Of a stretch of 64,000 bases of DNA, positions 19,253 to 28,100 are shown one piece after another. How positions within the stretch are numbered: the first letter of the stretch is position 1; each line of letters opens with the position of its first letter. The stretch covers positions 328,121-392,120 of the forward strand of contig JBOFWL010000145.1 of the NCBI GenBank assembly GCA_051653605.1. Reading direction: 5' to 3'. A model generated the notes under the pieces. That model worked only from the letters and a program-made list of their open reading frames with translations. It was not told the DNA's origin and did no database searches. Origin of the DNA: Brevinema sp. (GTDB lineage Bacteria > Spirochaetota > Brevinematia > Brevinematales > Brevinemataceae). A program made the position numbers and the translations under genes.

Positions 19253-21592
19253 TTAGAATCCCTGGTCGGGGTTATGCCCCCCGTCCTGTCTTTTTTCATC
19301 GTGAGATTGGTCGTTGCCTTCTTCACGACGAGGACGGTCTTCTCGAGGCTTGTCACCATATTCACGACGAGGTCTATCATCGCGTTGTCGGTCGCCATAC
19401 TCTCTTCGGGGACGATCTTCTCTAGATCTATCGCCGTATTCACGACGAGGTCTATCATCTCTAGATCTATCACCATACTCACGACGAGGACGAGCAGGTC
19501 TATCATCAACATCTTTATTGATTTGGTAAACATTAAAACGTTTACGCTCATCTAGATTCTTAAAGAAAACGGTAATTTGATCGCCAACCTTAACAGTTGA
19601 TAAATCACTAGAAGCTCTACTTTTATGGAGAAGTGCTTGCTGCCCAGGTAGAACCTCGACAAAAACACCAAAAGCTTCAACACGAGTAACTGGCCCAGTG
19701 ATTTCTTCGTCTTCACGGAAACCAGTGGTCAATTTTCGGATCATTTCAGCCGTAGCTTCGATCATGGTTTGGTCTTTTCCAGCAATTACAACATCACCAT
19801 TGTCTTCAATGTTGATATCTGTGCCGTATTCAGACATAATCTTTTTAATAGTGCGTCCACCAGAACCAATTACTGTTCCAATCATATCTGGTTCGATACT
19901 GATTTTATGCAGTTTTGGTGCACTGGTAGCTACTTCGTCACGGGGAGTGTCAATGGAACTTGACATCTTGTTGAGGATAAACATACGTCCGTCTTTTGCT
20001 TGGGCAAGAGCTTTTTTCATAATTTCTTCGGGGAGCCCTGTGGTTTTAAGATCCATTTGGATAGCGGTAATCCCGTTGGCAGTTCCCGCTACTTTAAAGT
20101 CCATGTCGCCATGATGGTCTTCCAAGCCTTGTATATCTGAGAGGATTGTGTAATCTTTGGTGTTTTTATCCCAGACTAGACCCATTGCAATCCCAGCAAC
20201 AGGAGCCTTTAAAGGCACACCGGCAACCATCATCGAGAGCGAACCAGAGCATACTGATGCCATCGAAGACGAGCCGTTTGATTCGGTAATTTCCGAAACC
20301 AGACGAATAGTATAGGGGAATTTTTCATAATCAGGAAGAACAGGGATCAATGCACGTTCTGCAAGATGTCCGTGTCCAATCTCACGCCGAGAAAGACCGC
20401 CAAGACGTTTCACCTCACCCACACTAAAGGGAGGGAAGTTGTAGTGAAGCATAAAGCGTTTTGTAAAGACATCACTGCTTTCAACAGAGTCTACTAGCAT
20501 TTCGTCTTTAGGCATACCTAAGGTAACCACACCTAAGCTTTGTGTTTGTCCACGTGTGAAAAGTACAGAACCATGAAGACCACCAAAAACATCTAATTCA
20601 ATGGTAATAGGGCGAATTTCTGTCAATTGTCGACCATCTGTGCGGACTTTTTCAACCACAATTTGGTGACGAATGATTTCTACTTCCACATCTTCTAGTA
20701 AGTGTGCCATTTCTTTATAGGCTTCATGTTCTTTATCGACGCCAAACTTTTCAAAGATAGCTGCGCAAGCTTCTTTGATATTTTTAGAACGGCGATGCTT
20801 ATCGTTATCGTTGGATACTGCTTTAATAGCTTGGTAAGCGCTATCGTAAATTTCTTTCCGTTGCTCATCACTAAAGAAAGAGGGCTTTTCTTCTACAAGC
20901 ATTTTTTCAGGCTTGATTAAGGCAACCAATTCTTCAATCATGGCAATTTCTTCGAGGATAGCTTCTTGGGCTATACGAAGTGCTTCGAGAACAACCTCTT
21001 CTGCAACCTCATTTCCACCACCTTCAACCATACAAATACCTTCTTTGGTACCGCCCACAAGCAAATCTAGCTTTGAGTTTTCCAAATCAACAAGTGTAGG
21101 ATTGATTTTATATCCAAATTCTGGGCTCCATGCCACTTTAACACCACCAGCATATTCGGTGATTGGAATATTGGAGATGGCTAAAGCCGCCGCAGCTCCA
21201 ACAATACCCATACCTTCTGTAGTGTATATCATATCCGAAGAGATAAGTGTAGCTATAACTTGAACTTCGTTTTTGAATCCAGGAGCAAAAAGAGGACGAA
21301 TAGGTCTATCGATTTGACGAGCCATAAGAGTTGCATTATCAGATGGTTTGGCTTCTCGACGGAAAAATCCACCAGGAATACGCCCCACAGCATAAAATTT
21401 TTCTTGAAAATGCACAGTCAGAGGGAAAAAATCTCCATCAGTAGGGTCTGGTGCAGCACAAGCTGTGACCAACATGGCATTACCGCCGTAGTAGATAACA
21501 ACACTCCCTGCTGCTTGACGGGCAATACGACCCGTTTCAAGGATAATCTCTTGTTCGCCGATCTTTCGGCGTACTTGTTTGACATCGAACAT
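19253..21592 (-). CDS. pnp: Polyribonucleotide nucleotidyltransferase (PNPase) with repeat-encoded C-terminal tail
   Basis: The ORF-track start at 21598 is a TTG; the ATG at 21592 gives MFDVKQV. There are two RNase PH domains (GSSSMASVCSGSLSMM), a KH domain (GSGGRTIKKI) and an S1 domain, followed by an 84-aa R/D/E-rich tail. Confidence 0.97.
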   Translation of the reverse strand: MFDVKQVRRKIGEQEIILETGRIARQAAGSVVIYYGGNAMLVTACAAPDPTDGDFFPLTVHFQEKFYAVGRIPGGFFRREAKPSDNATLMARQIDRPIRPLFAPGFKNEVQVIATLISSDMIYTTEGMGIVGAAAALAISNIPITEYAGGVKVAWSPEFGYKINPTLVDLENSKLDLLVGGTKEGICMVEGGGNEVAEEVVLEALRIAQEAILEEIAMIEELVALIKPEKMLVEEKPSFFSDEQRKEIYDSAYQAIKAVSNDNDKHRRSKNIKEACAAIFEKFGVDKEHEAYKEMAHLLEDVEVEIIRHQIVVEKVRTDGRQLTEIRPITIELDVFGGLHGSVLFTRGQTQSLGVVTLGMPKDEMLVDSVESSDVFTKRFMLHYNFPPFSVGEVKRLGGLSRREIGHGHLAERALIPVLPDYEKFPYTIRLVSEITESNGSSSMASVCSGSLSMMVAGVPLKAPVAGIAMGLVWDKNTKDYTILSDIQGLEDHHGDMDFKVAGTANGITAIQMDLKTTGLPEEIMKKALAQAKDGRMFILNKMSSSIDTPRDEVATSAPKLHKISIEPDMIGTVIGSGGRTIKKIMSEYGTDINIEDNGDVVIAGKDQTMIEATAEMIRKLTTGFREDEEITGPVTRVEAFGVFVEVLPGQQALLHKSRASSDLSTVKVGDQITVFFKNLDERKRFNVYQINKDVDDRPARPRREYGDRSRDDRPRREYGDRSREDRPRREYGDRQRDDRPRREYGDKPREDRPRREEGNDQSHDEKRQDGGHNPDQGF
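19323..19517. repeat. Five tandem 39-bp repeats inside the pnp 3' end
   Basis: The + strand marker TCACGACGAGG recurs at 19323, 19362, 19440 and 19479, with a diverged copy at 19401. The repeats encode DRPRREYGDRSR[D/E] units. Confidence 0.9.
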
Positions 21593-21635
21593 GGTCAAAT
21601 CCTAATTCTATATTTTCACTAACGAATAAATAATT

Positions 21636-21667
21636 TAAAAACAACCCAAAGACAAGGCTTTGGGTTG
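21636..21667 (-). terminator. rpsO terminator/attenuator hairpin in the rpsO-pnp spacer
   Basis: On the minus strand: CAACCCAAAG-ccttgt-CTTTGGGTTG (10-bp stem) followed by TTTTT. Confidence 0.8.
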
Positions 21668-21681
21668 GCATAAGACCTATT

Positions 21682-21954
21682 TTAGAAAGAAGCACGAATC
21701 CCAAGGCTTTGTACAACCTTGTGAAATCGATTAACATCTACCTTGTGTAGGTAGCGCATAAGACTTTTACGTTGTCCAACAAGCTGAAGAAGCCCTCTTT
21801 TTGACTTATGATCTTTTTTAAAAGCTTGTAAGTGCTTTGAAATAGCCATAATTCTAGCTGTTGTAAGGGCAATCTGAACTTCTGGTGAAGCTGTGTCTTT
21901 ATCGTGCAATTGATACTTAAGCACAATCTCTTTTTTTTGCTCGGCTGAGAGCAT
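21682..21954 (-). CDS. rpsO: 30S ribosomal protein S15
   Basis: ORF 21682-22083. The internal ATG at 21954 (MLSAEQKKEIV...) is preceded by GGAGG and gives a 90-aa protein containing HLQAFKKDHKSKRGLLQLVGQRKSLMRYL. Confidence 0.95.
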   Translation of the reverse strand: MLSAEQKKEIVLKYQLHDKDTASPEVQIALTTARIMAISKHLQAFKKDHKSKRGLLQLVGQRKSLMRYLHKVDVNRFHKVVQSLGIRASF

Positions 21955-21977
21955 AGGAACCTCCGCATTATTTGCCT

Positions 21978-21991
21978 CCATCACGTGATGG
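21978..21991. promoter_or_regulatory. Perfect 14-nt palindrome CCATCACGTGATGG upstream of rpsO
   Basis: Seen directly in the 43-nt ribF-rpsO spacer. Its function is unknown; it could be an RNA hairpin or an operator. Confidence 0.3.
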
Positions 21992-21997
21992 ATGGGC

Positions 21998-22903
21998 TTA
22001 TCTTTTGTATCGCTCGGCTGCGAGGGCCAAGGAAACGTTCTTGTAAGTATAAAGGATTTCTTGTAATTTTTCAATAGATTCAAAGCTTTTTTCTTCAGAT
22101 ATTTTCTTGATAAAACGCACCGCTGTCGGCGTACCCTGAGGTGTTTGTGTTTCGGGAAATAGGTCGATGCTATGCGCTTCTATCCTAATACTTGAACCAT
22201 TTAAAGTAGGCCTTGTTCCCACATATATAGCGGCAGCAAATGTTTTTTCATGGATAATCAACTCTCCAAAATACACACCCGATTGAGGCAGTGCTTGATC
22301 CGTTGGCTTAAGGTTAATTGTAGGAAAATCGATAGTTCGCCCCAATCGATTTCCGGCAACTGTTCGAGAATAATAAATGTATTCCCTACCTAAAAATTGA
22401 GTTGCATCCTCAACAAAACCATTATGAATGAGGTTTCTTACTGTGGTAGATCGGCATGGCTGATTATTAATTCGAACTTCATCTTGGTGATGAATAAACA
22501 GTCCTTCGCCTTCGTAATGTTCCCCATCTATTTTACCCATTCGAAAATCCCCACCAGCATAAAAATGAATTTCGGAAGTTTTTGTAAGGATACGATTGAT
22601 AAATTCTTTCTCACTGAAGCGACAAAAATCAGAAAATGGGAGCGTTAGCAGCACATCTGCCCCTAGATTTTTAAGGATTTCTTCTTTAATAGCAGCTGGA
22701 AGCAGTCGACCTGCACCCATGTTTCGCCGAAAATATTCTTTGGGCAATGGCTCGAATGAAAGAATAACACTTTTTCCCCCTTCTTTTTTGGCACCGGCGA
22801 TAGCTCTTTCAATAATAGAAACGTGAGCTTTGTGAACGCCATCAAAAGCACCTAGAGCAATATGAAGTTTAGAAGCTTTAGGAAGGGTGTTTAGATGTAT
22901 CAT
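21998..22903 (-). CDS. ribF: Bifunctional riboflavin kinase / FMN adenylyltransferase
   Basis: ORF 21998-23008. The ATG at 22903 (MIHLNTLP...) overlaps the murJ stop as ATGA. Motifs are ALGAFDGVHKAH and IDFPTINL. Confidence 0.9.
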   Translation of the reverse strand: MIHLNTLPKASKLHIALGAFDGVHKAHVSIIERAIAGAKKEGGKSVILSFEPLPKEYFRRNMGAGRLLPAAIKEEILKNLGADVLLTLPFSDFCRFSEKEFINRILTKTSEIHFYAGGDFRMGKIDGEHYEGEGLFIHHQDEVRINNQPCRSTTVRNLIHNGFVEDATQFLGREYIYYSRTVAGNRLGRTIDFPTINLKPTDQALPQSGVYFGELIIHEKTFAAAIYVGTRPTLNGSSIRIEAHSIDLFPETQTPQGTPTAVRFIKKISEEKSFESIEKLQEILYTYKNVSLALAAERYKR

Positions 22904-24447
22904 GTTATTTTCCTGATAAAAGGGTCTACTTTTAGAAGACGAGCTGATCCAATAAAAATCCCTGTGCCAACAAGGAAAATCGCCCCAGCAAGAATTATGG
23001 ACATCCATACGTTCGCCACCGAACTAATGTACCACATATGCAGAGGTTTAACGATCATCCATGCGCCAAAACTAAGAATTAATAATAGAGATAATGTTTT
23101 CAAAAAGCTTTTATTATATGAGAATTTCATTTGGCTATGCAAAATCAGAATAGAAATCGCCAAAGTAAACCATCCAGAGATAACATCAGCGTAAACAAGC
23201 CCAAATCCTCCCCAGTTCATGTTTCGAACCAGTATATAGCCGCCAATATTAATAAAAAAGTTGAATGCATACATTATTAGTGGCATATAAGGGCGTTCTA
23301 GAGCATAAAAAAGTCGATTAATAATGAGGTTAAGCGACCAAGGGATAAGAACCGAGCCTTGAATCCCTGTTGCTTGAATGGTAAGTTGAAATAATTCTGG
23401 AGTATATTTTCCTGTACTGTTGGTTGCCAACCTTGTAATATCTCGGAAAATGCTATTAACGATGACATCTGGATATAATGTGAATAGCATCGCAATCGGA
23501 AGAGCTAGATAAAGAAAAAAGACAAGGCTTTCTTCCCACGCTTCGAAAAGTTTCTGGCTATCGTGTTTTAATCCAGCAAAAAGTGGGAACACAGCCGATG
23601 CCAACGCTACTCCGATAAAGCCCACGGGCGCTTGAATAATCGTATTTGCATTGCGAAGATAGGTGACGCTTCCTCTTGGAAGAAAAGAAGCAAAATACCC
23701 CAAGCCAATAGACAACGCCGATTGAATAAGGTAGGTAAATGATGTTGGAAGAAAGAGCTTCCAAAAATTACGAGAACGCGCATCAAACACATTAAACGAA
23801 TTCCAACGATAGCGAAATCCCATTGCTGTCATATCGATAAATCCAGCAACAGCCTGTAGGGCTGTCCCTAAAACCACCGCCCACGCGAGGCTCATCACCC
23901 CTAATTTTTGGTAGGTTAAGATGGGAAATACTACAAAAATAATGTTAGAAATTGTAGGAGCATTTGCCGTTACGACAAAGCGGCCATTTGCGTTGAGGAT
24001 CGCCATAGCGATTGAAAAACTAGAGAAAAAGAATGTCGAGAGCAGCATAACGGCCGTAAGATTGACAATCTCGTTGAAGGCAACGGGGTCGGACGCAAAG
24101 CCCGGAAGAAATAGTTTAGTCCAAAAACGCATACTCACCCAGCCGATAAGTGTAACCACCAGCGCAACAACAAGAATTTGGTTAAGAATATTCGATGCAA
24201 ATTTATCGGCGTCTTCACCTTCTTGGTGTTTAACCTTACTATAAATAGGAAGAAGGGAATTCACCAATGGGCCTTCACCAAGAGCTTTTCGCAACGCCAA
24301 AAGATTGGCATTGGCACTATAGAAGGTATCTGCACCAGCTCCAAAAAGGTAGTTTACAACGTTAAACTTTACAATACCTGAAATTCTAGACAAAAATGTG
24401 CCAAAAGCATTAATAATTGTATTTCGAATGGTTGATTTTGATCTCAT
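22900..24447 (-). CDS. murJ: Lipid II flippase MurJ (MviN)
   Basis: ORF 22900-24495. The ATG at 24447 (MRSKSTIRNTIINAFGTFLSRISGIVKF...) lies one nt after the pta stop. The protein is polytopic with an MviN-type N-terminal motif. Confidence 0.85.
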   Translation of the reverse strand: MRSKSTIRNTIINAFGTFLSRISGIVKFNVVNYLFGAGADTFYSANANLLALRKALGEGPLVNSLLPIYSKVKHQEGEDADKFASNILNQILVVALVVTLIGWVSMRFWTKLFLPGFASDPVAFNEIVNLTAVMLLSTFFFSSFSIAMAILNANGRFVVTANAPTISNIIFVVFPILTYQKLGVMSLAWAVVLGTALQAVAGFIDMTAMGFRYRWNSFNVFDARSRNFWKLFLPTSFTYLIQSALSIGLGYFASFLPRGSVTYLRNANTIIQAPVGFIGVALASAVFPLFAGLKHDSQKLFEAWEESLVFFLYLALPIAMLFTLYPDVIVNSIFRDITRLATNSTGKYTPELFQLTIQATGIQGSVLIPWSLNLIINRLFYALERPYMPLIMYAFNFFINIGGYILVRNMNWGGFGLVYADVISGWFTLAISILILHSQMKFSYNKSFLKTLSLLLILSFGAWMIVKPLHMWYISSVANVWMSIILAGAIFLVGTGIFIGSARLLKVDPFIRKIT

Positions 24448-24448
24448 T

Positions 24449-25438
24449 TTAAAAGGATTGCACCATAGTAATTGCCGAAACAATAACGATATCATCTACA
24501 TAACAACCCCGAGAGAGGTCGTTGATTGGAAGCGTTAAGCCCTGCAAAATAGGCCCATAGGCTTCGGCTCGTGCAAAACGCTGAACCATTTTATAACCGA
24601 TATTTCCCGTGTTGAGTTCTGGAAAAACCAACACATTAGCCGATCCAGCAACAGAGCTATTAGGCGCTTTTAAAGAAGCTGTGACTTCATCAATAGCTGC
24701 ATCAAGTTGCATTTCTCCATCAAATTCAAAATCGACATTTCTCTCTTTTAGAATCTGCACTGCATCAATAACCTTTTGAGTTTCTGGAGTTCTAGCGCTT
24801 CCCTTAGTTGAAAAACTAAGCAATGCTACTTTTGGATCCATATTAAGGAGTGTTCTTGCTCCTTCAGCACACCCGATTGCAATATCTGCAAGTTGTTCTG
24901 CGGTAGGGTTAGGGACTACAGCACAATCTCCAAAAATAAGGCGTCCTTTTTCTCCATACATGCTAGTTGGAATATCCATTAAAAATATACCAGACAACGT
25001 TTTAACCTTTGGTTTTGCAAAGAAAATAGCTGCTCGCAATGTTTTAGAAGTTTGTGATATCGAACCAGAAACCATTGCATCTGCAAGCCCATGCTCCATC
25101 AATTTTGCCCCAAAGAAGACGTCGTCTGTCATTTCTTCAAGTGCTTTTTCTTCTGAAAGCCCTTTATGCTTGCGAAGTTCGTAGTATTCATGGGTAAAAT
25201 CTTTCAAGCGTGGGTCTGTTCTGTAGTCGACAATCTGGATTTGATGAAGATCAATATCGTGATCCTGCGCAATACCTTTTATTTGGTCGGGGTTACCAAG
25301 AACGATAATCTCCGATGCCATTTTATATTTAGAAATAGTGCGAGCTGCTTTTAAAACTCGAGGGTCTATCCCTTCAGGTAGCAGTAAGCGGCGGGGGTTG
25401 GCCTGTGCTTTTTCGATAAATTCTTGAGAGAGTGCCAT
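24449..25438 (-). CDS. pta: Phosphate acetyltransferase
   Basis: 329 aa, short-form Pta, with LLLPEGIDPRVLKAA, VSGSISQTS and a PTA_PTB fold pattern. Confidence 0.9.
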   Translation of the reverse strand: MALSQEFIEKAQANPRRLLLPEGIDPRVLKAARTISKYKMASEIIVLGNPDQIKGIAQDHDIDLHQIQIVDYRTDPRLKDFTHEYYELRKHKGLSEEKALEEMTDDVFFGAKLMEHGLADAMVSGSISQTSKTLRAAIFFAKPKVKTLSGIFLMDIPTSMYGEKGRLIFGDCAVVPNPTAEQLADIAIGCAEGARTLLNMDPKVALLSFSTKGSARTPETQKVIDAVQILKERNVDFEFDGEMQLDAAIDEVTASLKAPNSSVAGSANVLVFPELNTGNIGYKMVQRFARAEAYGPILQGLTLPINDLSRGCYVDDIVIVSAITMVQSF

Positions 25439-25466
25439 AGCAAATCCTTATATGTTTTTATATTAC

Positions 25467-25495
25467 ATTATAGCAGTCTAATCAAAAAAAAACAA
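25467..25495 (-). promoter_or_regulatory. sigma70 promoter for pta-murJ-ribF
   Basis: On the minus strand: TTGTTT (25495-25490), N17, TATAAT (25472-25467). The -35 overlaps the upstream terminator T-tail. Confidence 0.5.
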
Positions 25496-25516
25496 GCCCC
25501 TGCATAGAGGGGCTGT
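25484..25516 (-). terminator. Terminator after the zinc metallopeptidase gene
   Basis: AGCCCCT/AGGGGCT stem (25495-25501/25508-25514) followed by T9 on the minus strand. Confidence 0.8.
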
Positions 25517-25538
25517 TTTTACAGAGAATTTTTTTTAT

Positions 25539-26228
25539 TTAATCTCGATTTCCGCCAAACATGTTGGAAAGAACCAACAGTCTGAGGAGCTGTAAAAGTG
25601 ACATCAACGCGCCGGCAATATAGGTAAGTGCAGCTGCTGTAAGCACTTTTCTAGCGCCAACAAGACTATCTCCATGGAGAATACCATTATTATTGAGAAT
25701 TTTTAAGGCTCTACCAGAAGCATCAAATTCCACAGGAAGGGTGATGACGCTAAAAGCAAGTGTTGCTCCAAAAACCCAGATACCAATTTGAACCATTTGG
25801 GGGCTTCGGATAAAAACACCAATAAAAAAGAGCACCATCCACATCCATGATGCAATACTTACAGCGGGGACAATAGCATTTCTGAGCAAAAGAGGAAGAT
25901 AACCTCTATTATGCTGGATTGCATGCCCAGCCTCGTGTGCAGCTACGGCGATTGCGGCAACGCTATCACTATGATAGGTAGAATCACTAAGACGAAGTAC
26001 TTTGTCTCTAGGGTCGTAATGGTCGGAGAGCATGCCACTTACATGTTCAACACGCACATCATGAACGCCATATTGAGTGAGGATATCTTCAGCAACTTTT
26101 TTAGCACTGGTACCAGCAGAAATTTGGCTCCATTCCTCAAAAGTGCGTTGTGTCTTAAATTGTGCCCAAAGCGCTATAATCAGCCCTGGCAAAATAATTA
26201 TTTGCGTTGGGTCGAAGAAAAAAAACAT
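25539..26228 (-). CDS. Membrane zinc metallopeptidase (Zn_peptidase_2-like)
   Basis: The ORF-track start at 26240 is a TTG lying inside the SD. The ATG at 26228 (MFFFFDPTQIIILPG) follows GGAGGA. It has the HEAGHAIQH zinc motif and several TM segments. Confidence 0.85.
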   Translation of the reverse strand: MFFFFDPTQIIILPGLIIALWAQFKTQRTFEEWSQISAGTSAKKVAEDILTQYGVHDVRVEHVSGMLSDHYDPRDKVLRLSDSTYHSDSVAAIAVAAHEAGHAIQHNRGYLPLLLRNAIVPAVSIASWMWMVLFFIGVFIRSPQMVQIGIWVFGATLAFSVITLPVEFDASGRALKILNNNGILHGDSLVGARKVLTAAALTYIAGALMSLLQLLRLLVLSNMFGGNRD

Positions 26229-26279
26229 CGTTTCCTCCAAAATTTGGTTATTACCATAAAGATATGAGGGTTAAAACCT

Positions 26280-26765
26280 CTAATTCGATTTAAATTTTTT
26301 TGTTAAGGCCTCACACACAACGGGAGGCGCCTTATCACCCACATAAGCTCCGAGGTAGGCGAGTTCTTTTACAATGGTGGAGCTAACAAAAAGTTGGCGA
26401 CCTTTTGCAGTGAAAAAGATAGTATCAATTTCGGGAGCTAAATCTCTATTTGTTGATGCCATTTGAAGTTCGTATTCGAAGTCGGAAATGGCTCTTAGCC
26501 CACGAACGATCACTCCAGCATTGTGCTGGTTTACAAAATCTACCAATAAACCACGTACGGGTAATATTTTAAGGCGAGGTTCATTGGGAATGATCTGCTT
26601 CCACAGCTCGACACGTTCTTCGAGGGAGAAGAGAACACTTTTATTTTTATTATCTACAACAGCGAGGATCAACTCATCAAAAATATCAAGGGATCTCAAA
26701 GCGATATCTTCGTGGCCTTTGGTAGGCGGATCGAATGTTCCAGGATAGACTGCTATTTTTTTCAT
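26280..26765 (-). CDS. coaD: Phosphopantetheine adenylyltransferase
   Basis: 161 aa with AVYPGTFDPPTKGHEDI. Confidence 0.95.
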   Translation of the reverse strand: MKKIAVYPGTFDPPTKGHEDIALRSLDIFDELILAVVDNKNKSVLFSLEERVELWKQIIPNEPRLKILPVRGLLVDFVNQHNAGVIVRGLRAISDFEYELQMASTNRDLAPEIDTIFFTAKGRQLFVSSTIVKELAYLGAYVGDKAPPVVCEALTKKFKSN

Positions 26766-27223
26766 CGAGGATTCACCTCAATCTTGTATTTTTTACCATC
26801 TAAAGGCATTGGCACAAAAACAGCAACAATATCCTTAGCTGGAATTTCTTGTTGAATATCGAAGGGCACCTCGCCATTTGGAGAGCGAATAATAATATTC
26901 GAAACGCTCCAAGGCTGAGAGTTTTTATTCTCTAATATAAGAGACAGCCCTGTTCTTTGGGGTTCGGAGACAGTTGTATAAAGAATTTTTTGTCCTTTAG
27001 CAACATTTATCACCCCGCCACCTTGATAAATCTCTTCACTACGCTGGCTTATCACATAAATAACCGCAGAAACAAGAATAATCACTAATAAAAGCGGGGT
27101 CATTGTGTTTTTTCGACGTATAGAGTATGTATCCGGGCAATTTTCGCAGTCTTTATTCCCTATTTTGGTGTCTCGCAGGCGTTCTGCCCGAGAAACACGC
27201 AATTTAATCTCTTTCTCATCCAT
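26762..27223 (-). CDS. Hypothetical single-pass membrane protein
   Basis: 153 aa with TM segment TPLLLVIILVSAVIYVI. The ATG lies 2 nt after the upstream stop, and the 3' end overlaps the coaD start by 4 nt. Confidence 0.55.
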   Translation of the reverse strand: MDEKEIKLRVSRAERLRDTKIGNKDCENCPDTYSIRRKNTMTPLLLVIILVSAVIYVISQRSEEIYQGGGVINVAKGQKILYTTVSEPQRTGLSLILENKNSQPWSVSNIIIRSPNGEVPFDIQQEIPAKDIVAVFVPMPLDGKKYKIEVNPR

Positions 27224-27225
27224 AG

Positions 27226-27963
27226 TTAGTCCTGCATAACGCTCTCAAAAATAGATGTGCCTTGTTTTGTTTCTGGCTGTTCGATGACAGGGCTAGGTTC
27301 TTCTGGTTGGGCACTCTCTTCAACAGGTGGCACTTCTTCGGAGGCTTTTTCAAAAAGTTTTTGGAGGCGAAGCACTTCGGCATTATCGCTGGCTTTGACA
27401 ATCATAATTTTTTGAACAACACGGTTAGATGGTTGATTTATTGATTGGGATAAGCCATATCCACTACTGTTTTTATAATAACCTTGGGGTGTTGCTTCTG
27501 GGATTTCAACAATGATGGTGGAAAGTCTCATCCTCACTTCATCTTGCAAAAATTCTAGCTGCTCGAGGTAGGGGATTTCTCCATTATAGATGCTATCCCA
27601 GTTGGCAGCCTCAAAATGCCATAAGGATGGTTTAAGAATCATCCTATCATTTGTCTGATTAATCTGCTCTCTCTTGAGGATAGATATAGTATGAATCTCA
27701 TTTTTATTAAAACCAAGGTCTGGGATACGAAGCCAATCTATTTCGCCCACGTAGCCTCTTACCCCTTCGGAATAAGGAATAGAGGGAACTCCATCCTTGC
27801 CTATCACAAGAATAACGGACGATTCCACAGGCACTTCGCTTGCAGAAGCCTCGAGAGGTATTGATGCGGCGTTATTGGTAGGTGTTTCCCTGTTGGTCTG
27901 GGCAAATGTTGGCGCCCAAAAAAATAGGAGTATTCCCAGATAAGTAAAAATATTTTTTCTCAT
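27226..27963 (-). CDS. Hypothetical exported protein with acidic Pro/Glu-rich C-terminus
   Basis: ORF 27226-27981. The ATG at 27963 (MRKNIFTYLGILLFFWAPTFAQ signal peptide) lies 6 nt after GAGGG. The C-terminus is EEVPPVEESAQPEEPSPVIEQPE. Confidence 0.65.
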   Translation of the reverse strand: MRKNIFTYLGILLFFWAPTFAQTNRETPTNNAASIPLEASASEVPVESSVILVIGKDGVPSIPYSEGVRGYVGEIDWLRIPDLGFNKNEIHTISILKREQINQTNDRMILKPSLWHFEAANWDSIYNGEIPYLEQLEFLQDEVRMRLSTIIVEIPEATPQGYYKNSSGYGLSQSINQPSNRVVQKIMIVKASDNAEVLRLQKLFEKASEEVPPVEESAQPEEPSPVIEQPETKQGTSIFESVMQD

Positions 27964-27984
27964 AAACTGCCCTCGCACCACTGT

Positions 27985-27992
27985 TTATCGGC
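27985..27992 (-). promoter_or_regulatory. Perfect sigma28 -10 consensus GCCGATAA
   Basis: The minus-strand GCCGATAA ends 21 nt upstream of ATG 27963. The -35 is poor. Confidence 0.4.
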
Positions 27993-28020
27993 ACGGAGTG
28001 AGGTCAAAGTAAAGCGCTTA

Positions 28021-28049
28021 ATTATAACAACTTTTATTTTTTTAATCAA
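28021..28049 (-). promoter_or_regulatory. sigma70 promoter with extended -10
   Basis: On the minus strand: TTGATT (28049-28044), N17, TGtTATAAT (-10 hexamer at 28026-28021). Confidence 0.65.
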
Positions 28050-28065
28050 TCTTTGAGAGATTGTA

Positions 28066-28100
28066 TTTAAAAAGCAAGAGGGGTCATCCATGACCCCTCG
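28066..28100 (-). terminator. flaA intrinsic terminator
   Basis: GAGGGGTCAT/ATGACCCCTC hairpin (28078-28099) followed by TTGCTTTTT on the minus strand, about 120 nt after the flaA stop. Confidence 0.8.

Noticed and set aside
19249-19555. Three overlapping ORFs (100 aa on the minus strand in another frame; 93 aa and 71 aa on the + strand) over the pnp repeat region.
   Set aside because: They exist only because the 39-bp repeat is open in several frames. Their products are low-complexity, they have no SD, and the region is in frame with and contiguous to the conserved PNPase S1 domain.
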